DNA of 64,000 bases from an uncultured Halomonas sp. (GCA_947500835.1 CANMTQ010000010.1:129715-193714); one strand, 5' to 3'; shown: positions 40,202 through 51,593, counted from the stretch's first letter. The notes: generated by a model from the letters alone, not told the origin. Translations and numbers: made by a program.

Positions 40202-41088
40202 TACTACTGGCGCTTTTCATGCTGAGTGGCTGCGCTTCGTCCCCCTCGACGACCTCGCGCGGTCCGCTTGCGGGTAATTGGGTCACTATTCAGCGTGGCG
40301 ATACGTTAGGCGCCATCGCCCGTCGCGCCGACGTACCTTTGGTGCGGTTGCAGCGCTTCAATCCTGGCGTCAATGCTCGTCAGCTTGCCATCGGTCAACG
40401 CATCCTGGTTCCCAGCAAGAATGAACGCGCTCCCTCCGGTGGCCCTTATCGTTATCAGGTAAGACCCGGTGATACCTATTCGAACATCGCCCGCTATTTT
40501 GGCACCACTGCCGGACGCATTCAGGCAGCCAACCGCTCCGCAAATCCTTCCCAACTGCGAATCGGCCAGATGGTGCAGGTACCCTTGAAGGGCGATAGTC
40601 GCACCAGAAGCACTGCTGGCGTTTCAAGACCGGCCTCTCGTCCCGCAACCAGACCAGCGCCGCGTGCGGTAGCCAAGCCGGTATCGCGCCCCACCCCGAA
40701 ACCATTGCCAAGGGGTTCCAAGGGCTGGCCCTGGCCTCTCAACGATTATCGTATCGTGCGTCAATTTGGTGCCGACAAGCACGGCACCCTGCAGCCCATG
40801 TTGCTGAGCAGCAGTGCTGGCAGCGAGGCTCGCTCGGTCGCGGACGGTCAAGTGCGTTTCGCCAGCAGCATGCGGCAACTAGGTAGGGTGGTGATCGTTC
40901 ACCACCCGGATAACCTACAAACGGTGTACGCCCTTTGCGATATTCTCAAGGTCAACGATGGGGATCAGGTAAAAGCCGGCACGCCGGTATGCACTGTCGG
41001 TTATAGCGGAGCGACACAGCGCTACGACCTGCTGTTCGATGTGCGCCATGGCGGCAAGCCCATCGATCCACGCAAGGTGCTGCGCTGA
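40147..41088 (+). CDS. Lipoprotein with two LysM domains and a degenerate M23 domain (NlpD/YgeR-like)
   Basis: Lipobox LSGC; QRGDTL..IA and RPGDTY..IA LysM repeats; WPWP; M23 His ligands absent. True start may be GTG 40162. Confidence 0.85.
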   Translation: MAQCLVAGKRPHPCFVALILLALFMLSGCASSPSTTSRGPLAGNWVTIQRGDTLGAIARRADVPLVRLQRFNPGVNARQLAIGQRILVPSKNERAPSGGPYRYQVRPGDTYSNIARYFGTTAGRIQAANRSANPSQLRIGQMVQVPLKGDSRTRSTAGVSRPASRPATRPAPRAVAKPVSRPTPKPLPRGSKGWPWPLNDYRIVRQFGADKHGTLQPMLLSSSAGSEARSVADGQVRFASSMRQLGRVVIVHHPDNLQTVYALCDILKVNDGDQVKAGTPVCTVGYSGATQRYDLLFDVRHGGKPIDPRKVLR

Positions 41089-41135
41089 CACCGAGGCTGA
41101 CTGCATTCCAATTCCGTCGACTCTTACAAGCGCAT

Positions 41136-41160
41136 AAAAAAACCGCCTCTCGGAGGCGGT
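41136..41160 (-). terminator. Intrinsic terminator after gcvT
   Basis: ACCGCCTC/GAGGCGGT stem followed by a T-run on the minus strand. Confidence 0.75.
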
Positions 41161-41208
41161 ATATGTCAGGCAAATATAACGGTATAATTATCCATCAATC
41201 TTCATCTA

Positions 41209-42321
41209 TCAATCACGGCGATAGCCTGGTTTGATAAACGGCGTCTTGCTGATTGTCATGGGCAAGCGCCTACCTCGAACCTCGGCGTAAATTACGCTGT
41301 CCATTTCCGCATCATCGACATTCACATAGGCCAGCGCCACGGGCTTACCCACACTCGGACCAAAGCCTCCCGACGTGACCACGCCAATATGACGATCGTC
41401 GCTACTGTAGAGTTCGGCCCCTTCGCGCACTGGTGCGCGCCCTTCGCCTAAAAGACCAACCCGTTTACGCCGATGATCTCGCGCTTCGACCTGATGGAGG
41501 ATGATATCCGCACCCAGAAAGCCTGCCTCGCGCTCACCGCCACGACGCCGTGGTTTGCCAATGGCCCAGATCAGTCCTGCCTCGACCGGTGTCGTGGATT
41601 CATCGATATCGTGCCCATATAGACACAGCCCGGCTTCCAGGCGCAGCGAATCGCGAGCGCCAAGACCAATCGCCTCGACCTCGGACTCCTGCAGAAGCCG
41701 ACGTGCAATGGCCTCGGTCCGATCAGCCGGGATCGAGATCTCGAAACCGTCTTCGCCGGTATAACCGCTGCGGCTGATCCAGACTTCTGCGCCCTCCATG
41801 GTGAAGGCGCCCTGGTGCATGAAAGTCAGTTCACAAGCCTCCGGACACAACCGCGCCATGACCTCTGACGCCTTGGGACCTTGTAGCGCCAGCAAGCCAC
41901 GATCGAGTTCTTCGACGTCGTAATCGGCGCCAAGCCCCATGCGAAGATGGGGAATGTCACGCGCCTTGCAGGCGGCATTGACTACCAGGAAGAGATGATC
42001 GCCGGTATTGGCCACCATCAGATCGTCGATGATACCGCCCTCGTCATTGGTGAGCAGCGCATAGCGCTGCATGCCAACCGGCACGCCGACGATATCGGCA
42101 CACACCAGGGTTTCGAGCGCCTCAGCGGGTTTGGGTCCGCTGATCATGACCTGCCCCATATGGGAGACATCGAACAGGCCACAGGCAGCACGAGTATGCT
42201 CATGCTCTTTCTTGACCCCCATGGGGTACTGCACCGGCATGCTGTACCCGGCAAACTCGACCATCTTGCCACCCAGTTCGACGTGCAGGCCGTGTAACGG
42301 CGTCTTTTTGAGTTCGTCCAT
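41209..42321 (-). CDS. gcvT: Glycine cleavage system aminomethyltransferase T
   Basis: TPLH, FAGYSMPVQY, GLFDVSHMGQ, SRSGYTGEDGFE, GLGARDSLRLEAG. Confidence 0.97.
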   Translation of the reverse strand: MDELKKTPLHGLHVELGGKMVEFAGYSMPVQYPMGVKKEHEHTRAACGLFDVSHMGQVMISGPKPAEALETLVCADIVGVPVGMQRYALLTNDEGGIIDDLMVANTGDHLFLVVNAACKARDIPHLRMGLGADYDVEELDRGLLALQGPKASEVMARLCPEACELTFMHQGAFTMEGAEVWISRSGYTGEDGFEISIPADRTEAIARRLLQESEVEAIGLGARDSLRLEAGLCLYGHDIDESTTPVEAGLIWAIGKPRRRGGEREAGFLGADIILHQVEARDHRRKRVGLLGEGRAPVREGAELYSSDDRHIGVVTSGGFGPSVGKPVALAYVNVDDAEMDSVIYAEVRGRRLPMTISKTPFIKPGYRRD

Positions 42322-42369
42322 TGAATCCCTCCACCAGTAGGAGTTGTCGAAGGCGCCTCTCGGCGCTTG

Positions 42370-43749
42370 TTAGCGTTTCAGATCCTCACCCGGCAATATC
42401 GACTCACCGGCAAAATGGCGTTTGGTCAGATCGAAGACCACCGGCGACAGCAAGGCCAGCGCAATCAGGTTGGGAATGGCCATCAAGGCATTGAACACAC
42501 TGGCCATCAGCCAGACGAAATTGAGCGGCGCGATCGCCCCCAGCATGATCGCCAGAATATAGACAATCCGATAGATCTTGATCGACCCCACGCCAAACAG
42601 GAACTCGAAGCACTTTTCGCCGTAGAATGCCCAGCCCAGGATGGTAGTGAACGCGAACACCGCCAGAGCAAAGGAGACGATATACTGCCCCACCCCAGGC
42701 AATGACTCATTGAACGCCATGGTGGTCAACGCCGCACCGGTTTCCCCTCCGGTCCAGTGGGTCGAGGTGAGGATCGCAAGAGCGGTAATCGAACACACGA
42801 TGATTGTATCGATAAAGGTGCCCAGCATCGCGACCAGACCCTGGCGCACAGGGTTTTTCGTCTGGGCCGCGGCATGGGCAATGGGCGCACTGCCAAGGCC
42901 CGCCTCATTGGAGAACACGCCCCGCGCGATGCCGAACTGAATGGCCTTGGCTACCGCTGCACCGGCGAAACCGCCTGCTGCGGATATGGGCGTAAATGCG
43001 TGGGTGAAGATCATGCCAAAGGCAGCGCCGATCTGCTCGGCGTTGATGATCAGCACGACAATGCCCGCGCAAATATACGCAACCGCCATGATGGGCACCA
43101 ACTTGCCTGCGACCTTGGCGATGCGTCGGATACCTCCGAGAATCACGGCGCCAGCCAGCACCATGATCACAATCCCGGTGACCCAATGGGGCAATCCGAG
43201 AGACTGATTGAGACCATCGGCGACGGAGTTTGATTGCACGGTATTGCCAATGCCGAAAGAGGCAATGGCGCCGAAAAAGGCAAAGGCAACTCCCATCCAG
43301 GCCCACTTCTTACCCAGGCCATTACGGATGTAATACATCGGACCGCCAACGTGATCGCCGTCCTTGTTGACCTCACGATAACGTACCGCCAACACCGCCT
43401 CGGAAAACTTGGTGGCCATGCCAACCAGCGCGGTAATCCACATCCAGAACACGGCCCCGGGTCCACCCAGGAAGATGGCGGTGGCCACCCCGGCGATATT
43501 ACCCGTTCCGATGGTCGCCGACAGGGATGTCATCAGGGCATTGAAAGGCGATACCTCGCCCTCGCCCTCATCACCTTTTTCCGTCACCCGCCCTTTCCAC
43601 AGCAGGCTGAAGCCAGTACCCAGCTTGCGAATCGGTATCAGTTTCAAACCAAGCTGCAGATAAAGTCCGACCCCCAACAGCAGGACCAACATCAATGGTC
43701 CCCACACCACGTTTTCGATCGCCGTAAAAATTCCTGTCAAGGTTTCCAT
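42370..43749 (-). CDS. Alanine/glycine:cation symporter (AGCS)
   Basis: ATIGTGNIAGVA, GGPGAVFWMW, GGPMYY, RGVFSNEAGLGSAP, MAIPNLIAL. Confidence 0.95.
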   Translation of the reverse strand: METLTGIFTAIENVVWGPLMLVLLLGVGLYLQLGLKLIPIRKLGTGFSLLWKGRVTEKGDEGEGEVSPFNALMTSLSATIGTGNIAGVATAIFLGGPGAVFWMWITALVGMATKFSEAVLAVRYREVNKDGDHVGGPMYYIRNGLGKKWAWMGVAFAFFGAIASFGIGNTVQSNSVADGLNQSLGLPHWVTGIVIMVLAGAVILGGIRRIAKVAGKLVPIMAVAYICAGIVVLIINAEQIGAAFGMIFTHAFTPISAAGGFAGAAVAKAIQFGIARGVFSNEAGLGSAPIAHAAAQTKNPVRQGLVAMLGTFIDTIIVCSITALAILTSTHWTGGETGAALTTMAFNESLPGVGQYIVSFALAVFAFTTILGWAFYGEKCFEFLFGVGSIKIYRIVYILAIMLGAIAPLNFVWLMASVFNALMAIPNLIALALLSPVVFDLTKRHFAGESILPGEDLKR

Positions 43750-44139
43750 ATGAGTTTTCTCCAGGCGTTTTCTTGTTATGCACCATTGTTACCGAAGAGC
43801 TACCGGCTAGCGGCAAGACAGCAACGACAATGCTCGAACCCGCATACCTTAGCGGATACCCTGGGCACTCCACCAGCACCGTCAACCTGGATTGTGTTTC
43901 CTATTGGAAACATGCGCTCGTGATATCATTGCCAACCCAAAATCAGCCGGGCAAATCACGGTCAGAACACGTCAACTGGACGTTCGGCAAGAACTTGACC
44001 ACTCTATAGGCGACGGTCATCGCCAGTAGCGTAGAAAGAGACAGGAAAACACGCTTTGAAACGCCTGAGGACTCGTCAATATGACACAATGACGTTACGA
44101 TTCCCTGAAACAGAAAACCTTTTCTTATAGGAAAAAATC

Positions 44140-44535
44140 ATGAGCTCCATTCCCGGGAACCTGCACTACACAGAAAGCCACGAATGGGTCAAGGACAACG
44201 GTGACGGCACCGTCACCATCGGCATCACCGACCACGCGCAACAAGCCTTGGGTGATGTCGTCTTTGTCGAATTGCCAGAGGTTGGCCGTTCACTCGATAA
44301 CGGTGATGAATTCGGCGTCATCGAATCGGTAAAGGCCGCATCGGATCTATATGCACCTTTGGCCGGCGATGTAGTCGAAGTCAATGAAAGTCTTGAAGAG
44401 GCGCCGGAAACCATCAATGAAGCGCCTTACGAAGGCGGCTGGATCCTCAAGCTGAAGCTTGCCGAGGGCAGTACGCTGGACGATTTGCTCGATACCGATG
44501 CCTACACTCGGCACGTCGAGGCAGAAGAAGATTGA
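44140..44535 (+). CDS. gcvH: Glycine cleavage system H protein
   Basis: SHEWV, GITDHAQ..LGDVVFVE, ESVKAASD lipoyl-Lys motif. Confidence 0.97.
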   Translation: MSSIPGNLHYTESHEWVKDNGDGTVTIGITDHAQQALGDVVFVELPEVGRSLDNGDEFGVIESVKAASDLYAPLAGDVVEVNESLEEAPETINEAPYEGGWILKLKLAEGSTLDDLLDTDAYTRHVEAEED

Positions 44536-44642
44536 TCCAATAGTGAACGGGGCAGCCTCTGCCCCGTCATGTTACCGAGCGCTATTACGCTTTTAACGTC
44601 TGAACAACGGACCTGACCGTCCCTTCTACCTATAGGTGCCCC

Positions 44643-47537
44643 ATGGCCAAGGATCAGCGCCGGCTGGCGGAACTTGCCAGCCACGATGCTTTCGTTCATC
44701 GCCACAATGGACCGGACAGCGACGATGTCGCTCACATGGTCGAAACACTCGATGCCGATACCATCGAGGCTTTGATCGACAAGACTGTGCCGGCGGGCAT
44801 TCGCCTGAACCGTGAACTCAATCTGGATACGCCCAAGGGCGAAGCCGAATCTCTGGATTACCTCAAGCGTCTGGCGCGTCAGAACAAGGTGTTCAAGACC
44901 TATATCGGACAAGGCTATTACAGCACGTACACCCCTGCCGTGATCGCGCGCAATGTGCTCGAGAACCCGGGCTGGTACACCGCCTACACGCCCTATCAGC
45001 CGGAGATTTCCCAAGGTCGTCTCGAAGGACTGCTCAACTTTCAGCAGATGGTCATGGACCTGACCGGCATGGATCTGGCCAACGCCTCGCTTCTCGACGA
45101 AGCGACCGCTGCCGCAGAAGCCATGGCCCTATGTCGGCGCGCCAACAAGAAGGTCAAGACGAACAGCTTCTTCGTGGCGGACGATGTGCTGCCGCAAACC
45201 GTGGACGTGCTGCGCACCCGGGCGGATTACTTTGGCTTCGAACTCATCATTGACAGCCCCGAGAAAGCAGCGGAACACGAGACTTTCGGCGCCCTGTTCC
45301 AATATCCCGGCCAGACCGGCCGAGTGCAGGATCTTGCGGCCCTGATCGAGGCGGCTCACGGGCAAGGTGCGATGGCCTGCGTGGCAGCTGATCTGATGAG
45401 CCTTGCGTTGCTCAAGGAGCCCGGTGCTCTAGGAGCCGACATCGTGCTGGGCAACTCCCAGCGCTTTGGTGTCCCGATGGGATACGGCGGCCCTCATGCC
45501 GCATTTTTTGCCACGTTGGACAAACACAAGCGCTCCATTCCCGGCCGCATCATCGGCGTCTCGAAGGACAGTCGGGGGCAAATCGCACTGCGCATGGCCA
45601 TGCAGACCCGGGAGCAGCATATTCGCCGAGAGAAGGCGACCTCCAACATCTGTACCGCCCAGGCCTTGCTTGCCAACATGGCCGGCTTCTATGCGGTCTA
45701 TCATGGCGCAGAAGGCATTCGCACCATCGCCACCCGCATTCATCGCCTGACGACCATCCTTGCGGAGGGTCTCAAGCGCAAGGGTCTGGAACTGGCCAAT
45801 GACAGCTGGTTCGATACGTTGACCCTGGTCGGCGCGGATGCGGGCAAGATCTACGGACGTGCGCTCTCTCACGAGATCAATCTGCGCATGTACAAGGACG
45901 GGCGCATCGGCATCAGCCTGGACGAAACCACTACGGCTGCCGATGTTGCCAAGCTCTTCGACGTGCTGCTGGATGAAGAGCACGACCTGTCGATCAGCAG
46001 CCTTGACGACGAGATCGTGGCGGCAGGCATCACAGGCATCCCGGCCAACTATGCCCGGGAAAGCGATTTCCTGACTCACCCGACATTCAAACGCTATCGT
46101 AGCGAAACCGAGATGATGCGCTATCTCAAGCGCCTGGAAAATCGTGACCTGTCCTTGGCCCATGCCATGATTCCGCTGGGCTCCTGCACCATGAAGCTCA
46201 ATGCCACCAGCGAGATGGTTCCCATCACCTGGCCCGAGTTCGCTAATATCCACCCCTTTGTACCTGCAGAACAGGCGGTGGGCTACAAGCAGATGATCGA
46301 TGAGCTATCGGCGTTTTTAGAAGAAATCACCGGCTACGATCATATCTCTATGCAGCCCAATTCCGGGGCCCAGGGCGAGTACGCCGGCATGCTGGCCATT
46401 CGCCGCTATCAGGCAGCCCAGGGCGAGTCGCATCGCAACATCTGCCTGATCCCGAGCTCTGCTCACGGCACCAACCCGGCCTCCGCCGCCATGGCCCAGA
46501 TGAAGGTGGTAGTGGTGGAATGCGACAAGGATGGCAACATCGATCTGGAAGACCTTCGCAGCAAGGCCGAACAGTACAGCGATACGCTCTCCGCCACCAT
46601 GATCACCTACCCTTCGACCCATGGCGTGTTCGAAGAGGACGTGCAGGAAGTGTGCGACATCGTGCACAAGCACGGTGGCCAGGTCTATATCGACGGCGCC
46701 AACATGAACGCCCAGGTAGGTCTATGCCGACCTGGCGATTTCGGCGGCGACGTATCGCATCTGAATTTGCACAAGACCTTCTGCATCCCGCATGGCGGTG
46801 GCGGTCCCGGAATGGGGCCGATCGGCGTCAAGGCGCATCTGGCACCCTTCGTTTCCAACCATGTGGTAACACCGATTGCCGGGGTTCGCGAAGAGTGTGG
46901 CGCCGTGGCATCCGCAGCCTACGGCAGCGCCTCGATCCTGCCCATCTCCTGGGCCTACATCAAGATGATGGGGGCGCGCGGCCTGCGGGAAGCCACGGAG
47001 CTTGCCATCATCAATGCCAACTACATCGCCCGGCGCCTGGAGGAACACTTCCCGGTGCTGTATCAAGGCGTCAATGGCACCGTGGCCCATGAGTGCATCA
47101 TCGATATTCGCCCGCTCAAGCAGGCATCAGGGATCAGCGAAGAGGATATCGCAAAGCGTCTGATGGATTATGGCTTTCATGCGCCGACCATGTCTTTTCC
47201 GGTGCCAGGCACGCTGATGATCGAACCGACGGAATCCGAATCCCGCTATGAGATCGATCGCTTCTGCGATGCCATGATCGCCATTCGCAAGGAGATCAAG
47301 CGCGTGGAGAAAGGTGATTGGCCGGCGGATGACAATCCCCTGGTGAACGCACCGCACACCATGGCGGATCTGATGGACGACGAGTGGGAACGCCCTTACT
47401 CACGCAAGGTCGGCGCCTTCCCTTCCGAGCATGTCCGGGCTGCCAAATACTGGCCTGCGGTCAATCGTGTCGACAACGTACATGGCGACCGGCAATTGAT
47501 CTGTTCTTGCCCAAGCATCGACAACTATCGCGACTGA
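44643..47537 (+). CDS. gcvP: Glycine dehydrogenase (decarboxylating), P protein
   Basis: [48 protein letters not shown]. Confidence 0.98.
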   Translation: MAKDQRRLAELASHDAFVHRHNGPDSDDVAHMVETLDADTIEALIDKTVPAGIRLNRELNLDTPKGEAESLDYLKRLARQNKVFKTYIGQGYYSTYTPAVIARNVLENPGWYTAYTPYQPEISQGRLEGLLNFQQMVMDLTGMDLANASLLDEATAAAEAMALCRRANKKVKTNSFFVADDVLPQTVDVLRTRADYFGFELIIDSPEKAAEHETFGALFQYPGQTGRVQDLAALIEAAHGQGAMACVAADLMSLALLKEPGALGADIVLGNSQRFGVPMGYGGPHAAFFATLDKHKRSIPGRIIGVSKDSRGQIALRMAMQTREQHIRREKATSNICTAQALLANMAGFYAVYHGAEGIRTIATRIHRLTTILAEGLKRKGLELANDSWFDTLTLVGADAGKIYGRALSHEINLRMYKDGRIGISLDETTTAADVAKLFDVLLDEEHDLSISSLDDEIVAAGITGIPANYARESDFLTHPTFKRYRSETEMMRYLKRLENRDLSLAHAMIPLGSCTMKLNATSEMVPITWPEFANIHPFVPAEQAVGYKQMIDELSAFLEEITGYDHISMQPNSGAQGEYAGMLAIRRYQAAQGESHRNICLIPSSAHGTNPASAAMAQMKVVVVECDKDGNIDLEDLRSKAEQYSDTLSATMITYPSTHGVFEEDVQEVCDIVHKHGGQVYIDGANMNAQVGLCRPGDFGGDVSHLNLHKTFCIPHGGGGPGMGPIGVKAHLAPFVSNHVVTPIAGVREECGAVASAAYGSASILPISWAYIKMMGARGLREATELAIINANYIARRLEEHFPVLYQGVNGTVAHECIIDIRPLKQASGISEEDIAKRLMDYGFHAPTMSFPVPGTLMIEPTESESRYEIDRFCDAMIAIRKEIKRVEKGDWPADDNPLVNAPHTMADLMDDEWERPYSRKVGAFPSEHVRAAKYWPAVNRVDNVHGDRQLICSCPSIDNYRD

Positions 47538-47559
47538 CCTGCAACAGGTTTGTACCATT

Positions 47560-47588
47560 ACCCCCTGGGCTTCAACCCAGGGGTTTTC
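47560..47588 (+). terminator. Intrinsic terminator after gcvP
   Basis: CCCCTGGG-CTTCAA-CCCAGGGG followed by TTTT. Confidence 0.7.
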
Positions 47589-47631
47589 GTTCGTCGAGCT
47601 TATCGCTACCCAGCCTTTAGCTATCGAGGCT

Positions 47632-48549
47632 TCAGCTATCGAAGCTGGGTTCTTCGGAAATCGCGTAAAGGGTATTACGACGCTGCTGGCGAAAATCATC
47701 GAGTAGCTGGATATAACGTTTGGGGAGCTCGGTATCCGCCAGCGCAACCACCTGCAAGGTTTCATACACTGGATTCGTCAATATCAGCTCCTTGACCTGG
47801 CGCTGCCAGGGAGAGGTTTCAAGCACCAGCCGAGACACCACGGTAAAGCCCAGCCCTCGGGCTACCGCATCCAGCACCATGCTGACTTCATTGGTAAAGC
47901 CCTGCTTCGACATACGACTCATGGAGCGAAATTCGTCAGCGAAATTGGCACGCAGTAACTGGGTCGCATGATTGCCGGCGCCGGAATAATCGATGAAACC
48001 AAGCGCCGCCAATTCACTTAAAGTCGATCCCGTGAAATCCGCCGGCGCAATCAGACATAAAGGCTCTTGATACCAGGGTATGTAGGCCAACCCTGGGTGA
48101 TTGATCACTTCCGTTGTAATGCCTATATCGTAACGCCCCTCCACCACGCCCTGCAGAATATCGCGATTGAAGGCAAAGTCGTAACTGATCGTCAAACCGG
48201 GATGGGCTTGCTGATAACCCAATAAAAAAGGATAGAACATCAAGCCCACGCTCCCGGGCGAGGCAATCCGACAATCGCCGGAATCCAGGGACTCGTCATC
48301 CAATGAATGACGAAAATACTTATGCTCGGTAAACAGCTTCAGCGCGTAATCGTAGGTACGCCGACCGGATTCCGTAAGCGTGAAACGGCGGCCATGGCGA
48401 TTAAGCAGTGGCTTGTCGAGATACTCCTCCAGCTTGCGAACGTGCTGACTGACGCCCGGCTGTGTCATTTCCAGTCGCTTGGCCGTCAGCGTGAAGCTGC
48501 CGGTTTCCACCAGAGTAATGAAGGTCCGAAAGTATTGAGTATTGAACAT
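47632..48549 (-). CDS. LysR family regulator
   Basis: FRTFITLVETGSFT..A..L.MTQPGVSQHVRKLE HTH. Confidence 0.92.
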   Translation of the reverse strand: MFNTQYFRTFITLVETGSFTLTAKRLEMTQPGVSQHVRKLEEYLDKPLLNRHGRRFTLTESGRRTYDYALKLFTEHKYFRHSLDDESLDSGDCRIASPGSVGLMFYPFLLGYQQAHPGLTISYDFAFNRDILQGVVEGRYDIGITTEVINHPGLAYIPWYQEPLCLIAPADFTGSTLSELAALGFIDYSGAGNHATQLLRANFADEFRSMSRMSKQGFTNEVSMVLDAVARGLGFTVVSRLVLETSPWQRQVKELILTNPVYETLQVVALADTELPKRYIQLLDDFRQQRRNTLYAISEEPSFDS

Positions 48550-48657
48550 GAAAATCAGTCAATTCCTTGTGGCACAGCGCTGCGAGGCACTTCGGAGCAT
48601 GATAGCATCCCTGCAAGACAACCTTCATTCAACAGTCATTCAAGAGCCGGGAGCATC

Positions 48658-48948
48658 ATGTCAGACCCATTCGTCGACCGGGCCAAAGCACTTCATCGGA
48701 CGCTGCTTGCCATGGAAGGTAACGCCGCAGAAGACGATCTTTTCGCCCTTGGCTACATGATTCCACAGATTGAGCTTGTGTTAGAGCTGGCGGATTATGA
48801 TGCGAGTACCGTCGCGGCGGAGGACTTCGATGCCACCTACTGGCAATGGCTGGAATCGACATTCATGGAAGATAGCATGAGCGAAGACGATCGAATTCGC
48901 ATTGCACAATTATGGGAGCAAGCTAGCGCCACAAGCGACGCTTCCTGA
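48658..48948 (+). CDS. YfcL-like small acidic protein
   Basis: ATG 48658 with GGAG RBS; DDLFALGY motif. The ORF-track N-terminal extension is a shadow of the LysR gene. Confidence 0.65.
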   Translation: MSDPFVDRAKALHRTLLAMEGNAAEDDLFALGYMIPQIELVLELADYDASTVAAEDFDATYWQWLESTFMEDSMSEDDRIRIAQLWEQASATSDAS

Positions 48949-48968
48949 CCCACCTCCTGGACACCAAA

Positions 48969-50333
48969 ATGACCGAGAAGCTTTCCGCCACGACGACTCC
49001 CGAGGGCAGTCTAGAGGTTCTTTCCCAGCACGAAGTGAATCGACTTCGCGACACTTCTGCCAACGGCTTGCACGACATATTGCGCCGATGCGCGCTGGCC
49101 GTGCTCAACTGCGGCAACCCCACGGACGATGGTCTCGCCGTGATGCAGACTTATCATGACTTCGATATCGAAGTGCTGCAGCAAGACCGCGGCATTCGTC
49201 TACAGTTGAGCAACGCGCCTGCGGAGGCCTTTGTCGATGGCCGCATGATTCGCGGCATTCGCGAGCATCTTTCCTCCGTGCTACGGGATATCGTCTACGT
49301 TCATAACGAGATACAGCACCATCCCCGCTTCGATCTAGTCTCCAGTGAAAGCATCACCAATGCGGTATTTCATATCCTGCGCAACGCCGGCACGCTGGAC
49401 CCCTCCCGGGAGCCGAGCTTGGTGGTGTGCTGGGGCGGGCATTCGATCTCCCGGGAAGAGTACGACTATTCCAAGGGCGTCGGCTATCAGCTCGGGCTGA
49501 GGGATCTCGATATCTGCACCGGCTGCGGACCCGGCGCCATGAAGGGCCCCATGAAAGGCGCAAATGTGGCTCACGCCAAGCAGCGTCGCAAGCGAGGACG
49601 CTATCTGGGAATTTCCGAACCCGGCATCATTGCCGCGGAGTCGCCTAACCCAATCGTCAACGAACTGGTCGTGATGCCGGATATCGAAAAGCGCCTGGAG
49701 GCGTTCATACGGGTCGGTCACGGCATCATCGTCTTCCCCGGCGGCGTGGGCACCGCCGAAGAGATCCTTTATCTACTAGGCATTCTGTTGCATCCGAGCA
49801 ATGCCAAGATTCCGTTTCCGATCATCTTTACCGGGCCACGAAGCGCTGCTGACTATTTCCAGCGTATCGATGAGTTTCTGGCTTATACCCTGGGTGACGA
49901 GGCGCGCAGTCGTTATCGCATCATCATCGACGACCCTATTGCCGTGGCACGCGCCATGCGAGAGTGCATCGAGGAAGTCACCGATTTCCGACGCACGCAC
50001 GACGATGCGTTCTACTACAACTGGCGACTCAACATCGAGGCGGACTTTCAGTATCCCTTCGAAGCCACCCATGAAGCCATGGCAGGGCTGGCGTTGCATC
50101 GCGAGCAACCCGTGCACGAACTGGCTGCCAATCTACGCCGTGCGTTTTCCGGCATCGTCAGTGGTAACGTCAAGGAGCCGGGCATTCGCTCCATTGAGGC
50201 TCACGGTCCATTCAAACTGCATGCAGAGCCTGAACTCATGACGCGGCTGGATGATCTGCTGACCTCTTTTGTCGCCCAGGCGCGCATGAAACTCCCCGGC
50301 AGTCACTACGTGCCCTGCTACACGCTTGAATGA
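48969..50333 (+). CDS. ppnN: Nucleotide 5'-monophosphate nucleosidase PpnN (YgdH)
   Basis: LSQHEV, VVCWGGHSI, CTGCGPGAMKGPMKGA, PDIEKRLEAF, PGGVGTAEE, NLRRAFSGIV.GNVK. Confidence 0.95.
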   Translation: MTEKLSATTTPEGSLEVLSQHEVNRLRDTSANGLHDILRRCALAVLNCGNPTDDGLAVMQTYHDFDIEVLQQDRGIRLQLSNAPAEAFVDGRMIRGIREHLSSVLRDIVYVHNEIQHHPRFDLVSSESITNAVFHILRNAGTLDPSREPSLVVCWGGHSISREEYDYSKGVGYQLGLRDLDICTGCGPGAMKGPMKGANVAHAKQRRKRGRYLGISEPGIIAAESPNPIVNELVVMPDIEKRLEAFIRVGHGIIVFPGGVGTAEEILYLLGILLHPSNAKIPFPIIFTGPRSAADYFQRIDEFLAYTLGDEARSRYRIIIDDPIAVARAMRECIEEVTDFRRTHDDAFYYNWRLNIEADFQYPFEATHEAMAGLALHREQPVHELAANLRRAFSGIVSGNVKEPGIRSIEAHGPFKLHAEPELMTRLDDLLTSFVAQARMKLPGSHYVPCYTLE

Positions 50334-50363
50334 CGTGTTCAAACACCAACGCTTGGGCCTGCT

Positions 50364-50735
50364 TCAATGCCACGCATTGCGTTGCTGCAGGCCCATGCCG
50401 AGCGCATGTATCAATAAACCCAGGGTAACACCGTGGGACAACAACAAGAGTTCATTCAAGCCGCTGGTGAACACTTGCCATAGCGCCACAAGCAGCAAGC
50501 CGAGCAATACCATCAACGCCAGACGCGCCAACAGCCTGGGTACTCGACGTCGTGCTTCTACGGTCAGCATGCGCCAAGCGAAGACAGCCACGACCGCGAT
50601 GGCGGCAAACGCGATCAGGATCAAGGTCAGCCGCCCCTGGTTGCCGTACGCTAGATAGCGAGGCAGCGTCGCCAGGATGGCCAGAAGCACGCCTACCATT
50701 ACACTGAGTCGCTCCGGGGTCATTGTGGTCGTCAT
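50364..50735 (-). CDS. Hypothetical membrane protein
   Basis: 123 aa with four hydrophobic segments; fills the gap between flavodoxin and ppnN. Confidence 0.6.
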   Translation of the reverse strand: MTTTMTPERLSVMVGVLLAILATLPRYLAYGNQGRLTLILIAFAAIAVVAVFAWRMLTVEARRRVPRLLARLALMVLLGLLLVALWQVFTSGLNELLLLSHGVTLGLLIHALGMGLQQRNAWH

Positions 50736-50769
50736 GACGAGACTGCTCCTGGGATGACACTTGAGAAAC

Positions 50770-51231
50770 TCACTTGTTCAACCCTTGCTCCTCGATCCAC
50801 GCCTCGACCCAGGGCACTGCCTCATCGTCTGCCATGAACGTCTCCATGGCGTCTACCTCTAGACGCTCGCCCAGCCGCTCGGCCCCATACTCGCTCAACA
50901 GCGCATCAAGCGCTCGTCCCGCACCGCAGAAAGTCTCGCCATAGGAGCTATCACCGAGAGCGATTAACCCATAGCGCAAATGTGCAAGAGATGGACCTTT
51001 GTCAGCAATGCCACTGGCCAAGCTGGCGAAATTACCGGGGTAATCGCCACTGCCCGTGGTCGAGACACAAAACAGCGCCAGCTCCGCTGGCGGCTCGATC
51101 AAATCTTCCAGGGTTGGCTGTTCATGAATAATCACCGTATAACCGCAGTCTTCGAACAATGGCTTGACCTGCTCAGCTACGTCCAAAGCCCCCCCGTACA
51201 TGGTGGCGACATAAATATTGAGAGTAGACAT
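50770..51231 (-). CDS. Flavodoxin (MioC/YqcA-like)
   Basis: ATMYGGA FMN loop, STTGSGDYP.N, LGDSSY..FCGAG. Confidence 0.9.
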   Translation of the reverse strand: MSTLNIYVATMYGGALDVAEQVKPLFEDCGYTVIIHEQPTLEDLIEPPAELALFCVSTTGSGDYPGNFASLASGIADKGPSLAHLRYGLIALGDSSYGETFCGAGRALDALLSEYGAERLGERLEVDAMETFMADDEAVPWVEAWIEEQGLNK

Positions 51232-51383
51232 TAAATTCATTTGCTTGAGAGATTTACTGGAATACTAGCATGCCTGGACGATCTCACTCACGTGCCCGCA
51301 GGCAATGAAGGCATTGGAAATGGTTTATCAGCACGGTGACGGCTGGACAGCTATAATAGTGGCCCAATCCTGCGGAGGGTATC

Positions 51384-51593
51384 ATGGAGAGAACATTCGA
51401 AGCCTGGATCACGCCGCTCATGATTGGCGGATTGATACTGTTCATGTGCTTCATCATCTGGGAGCTGGCGCGGGAGTCTAAGGCGGGCAAGTTCGGCACG
51501 ATCATGCTGTTCGTCGTGCTAGGAGCTGGAATGCTGGGATTCGTGCTCAAGGCGGTAATCACTGAATTGCTGGAGAAAGGCGGAGCGTTATAA
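51384..51593 (+). CDS. DUF2788 family small membrane protein
   Basis: FMCFIIWELARESKAGKFGT..LF.VLG; GGAGGG RBS. Confidence 0.85.
   Translation: MERTFEAWITPLMIGGLILFMCFIIWELARESKAGKFGTIMLFVVLGAGMLGFVLKAVITELLEKGGAL

Noticed and set aside
43750-44139. Expected glycine riboswitch or sigma54 promoter in the gcv intergenic region
   Set aside because: No GGAGAG/CTCTCAGG aptamer motifs and no correctly spaced GG-N10-GC site on either strand.
47597-47648. Short direct repeats (AGCTATCGAGGCTTC / AGCTATCGAAGCTGG) at the LysR 3' end
   Set aside because: Only two or three degenerate copies with no spacers; not a CRISPR or iteron array, probably a local duplication.
48307-48657. N-terminal extension of the 213-aa ORF
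   Set aside because: Antisense to the LysR gene; the real gene most likely starts at ATG 48658 with its own RBS.
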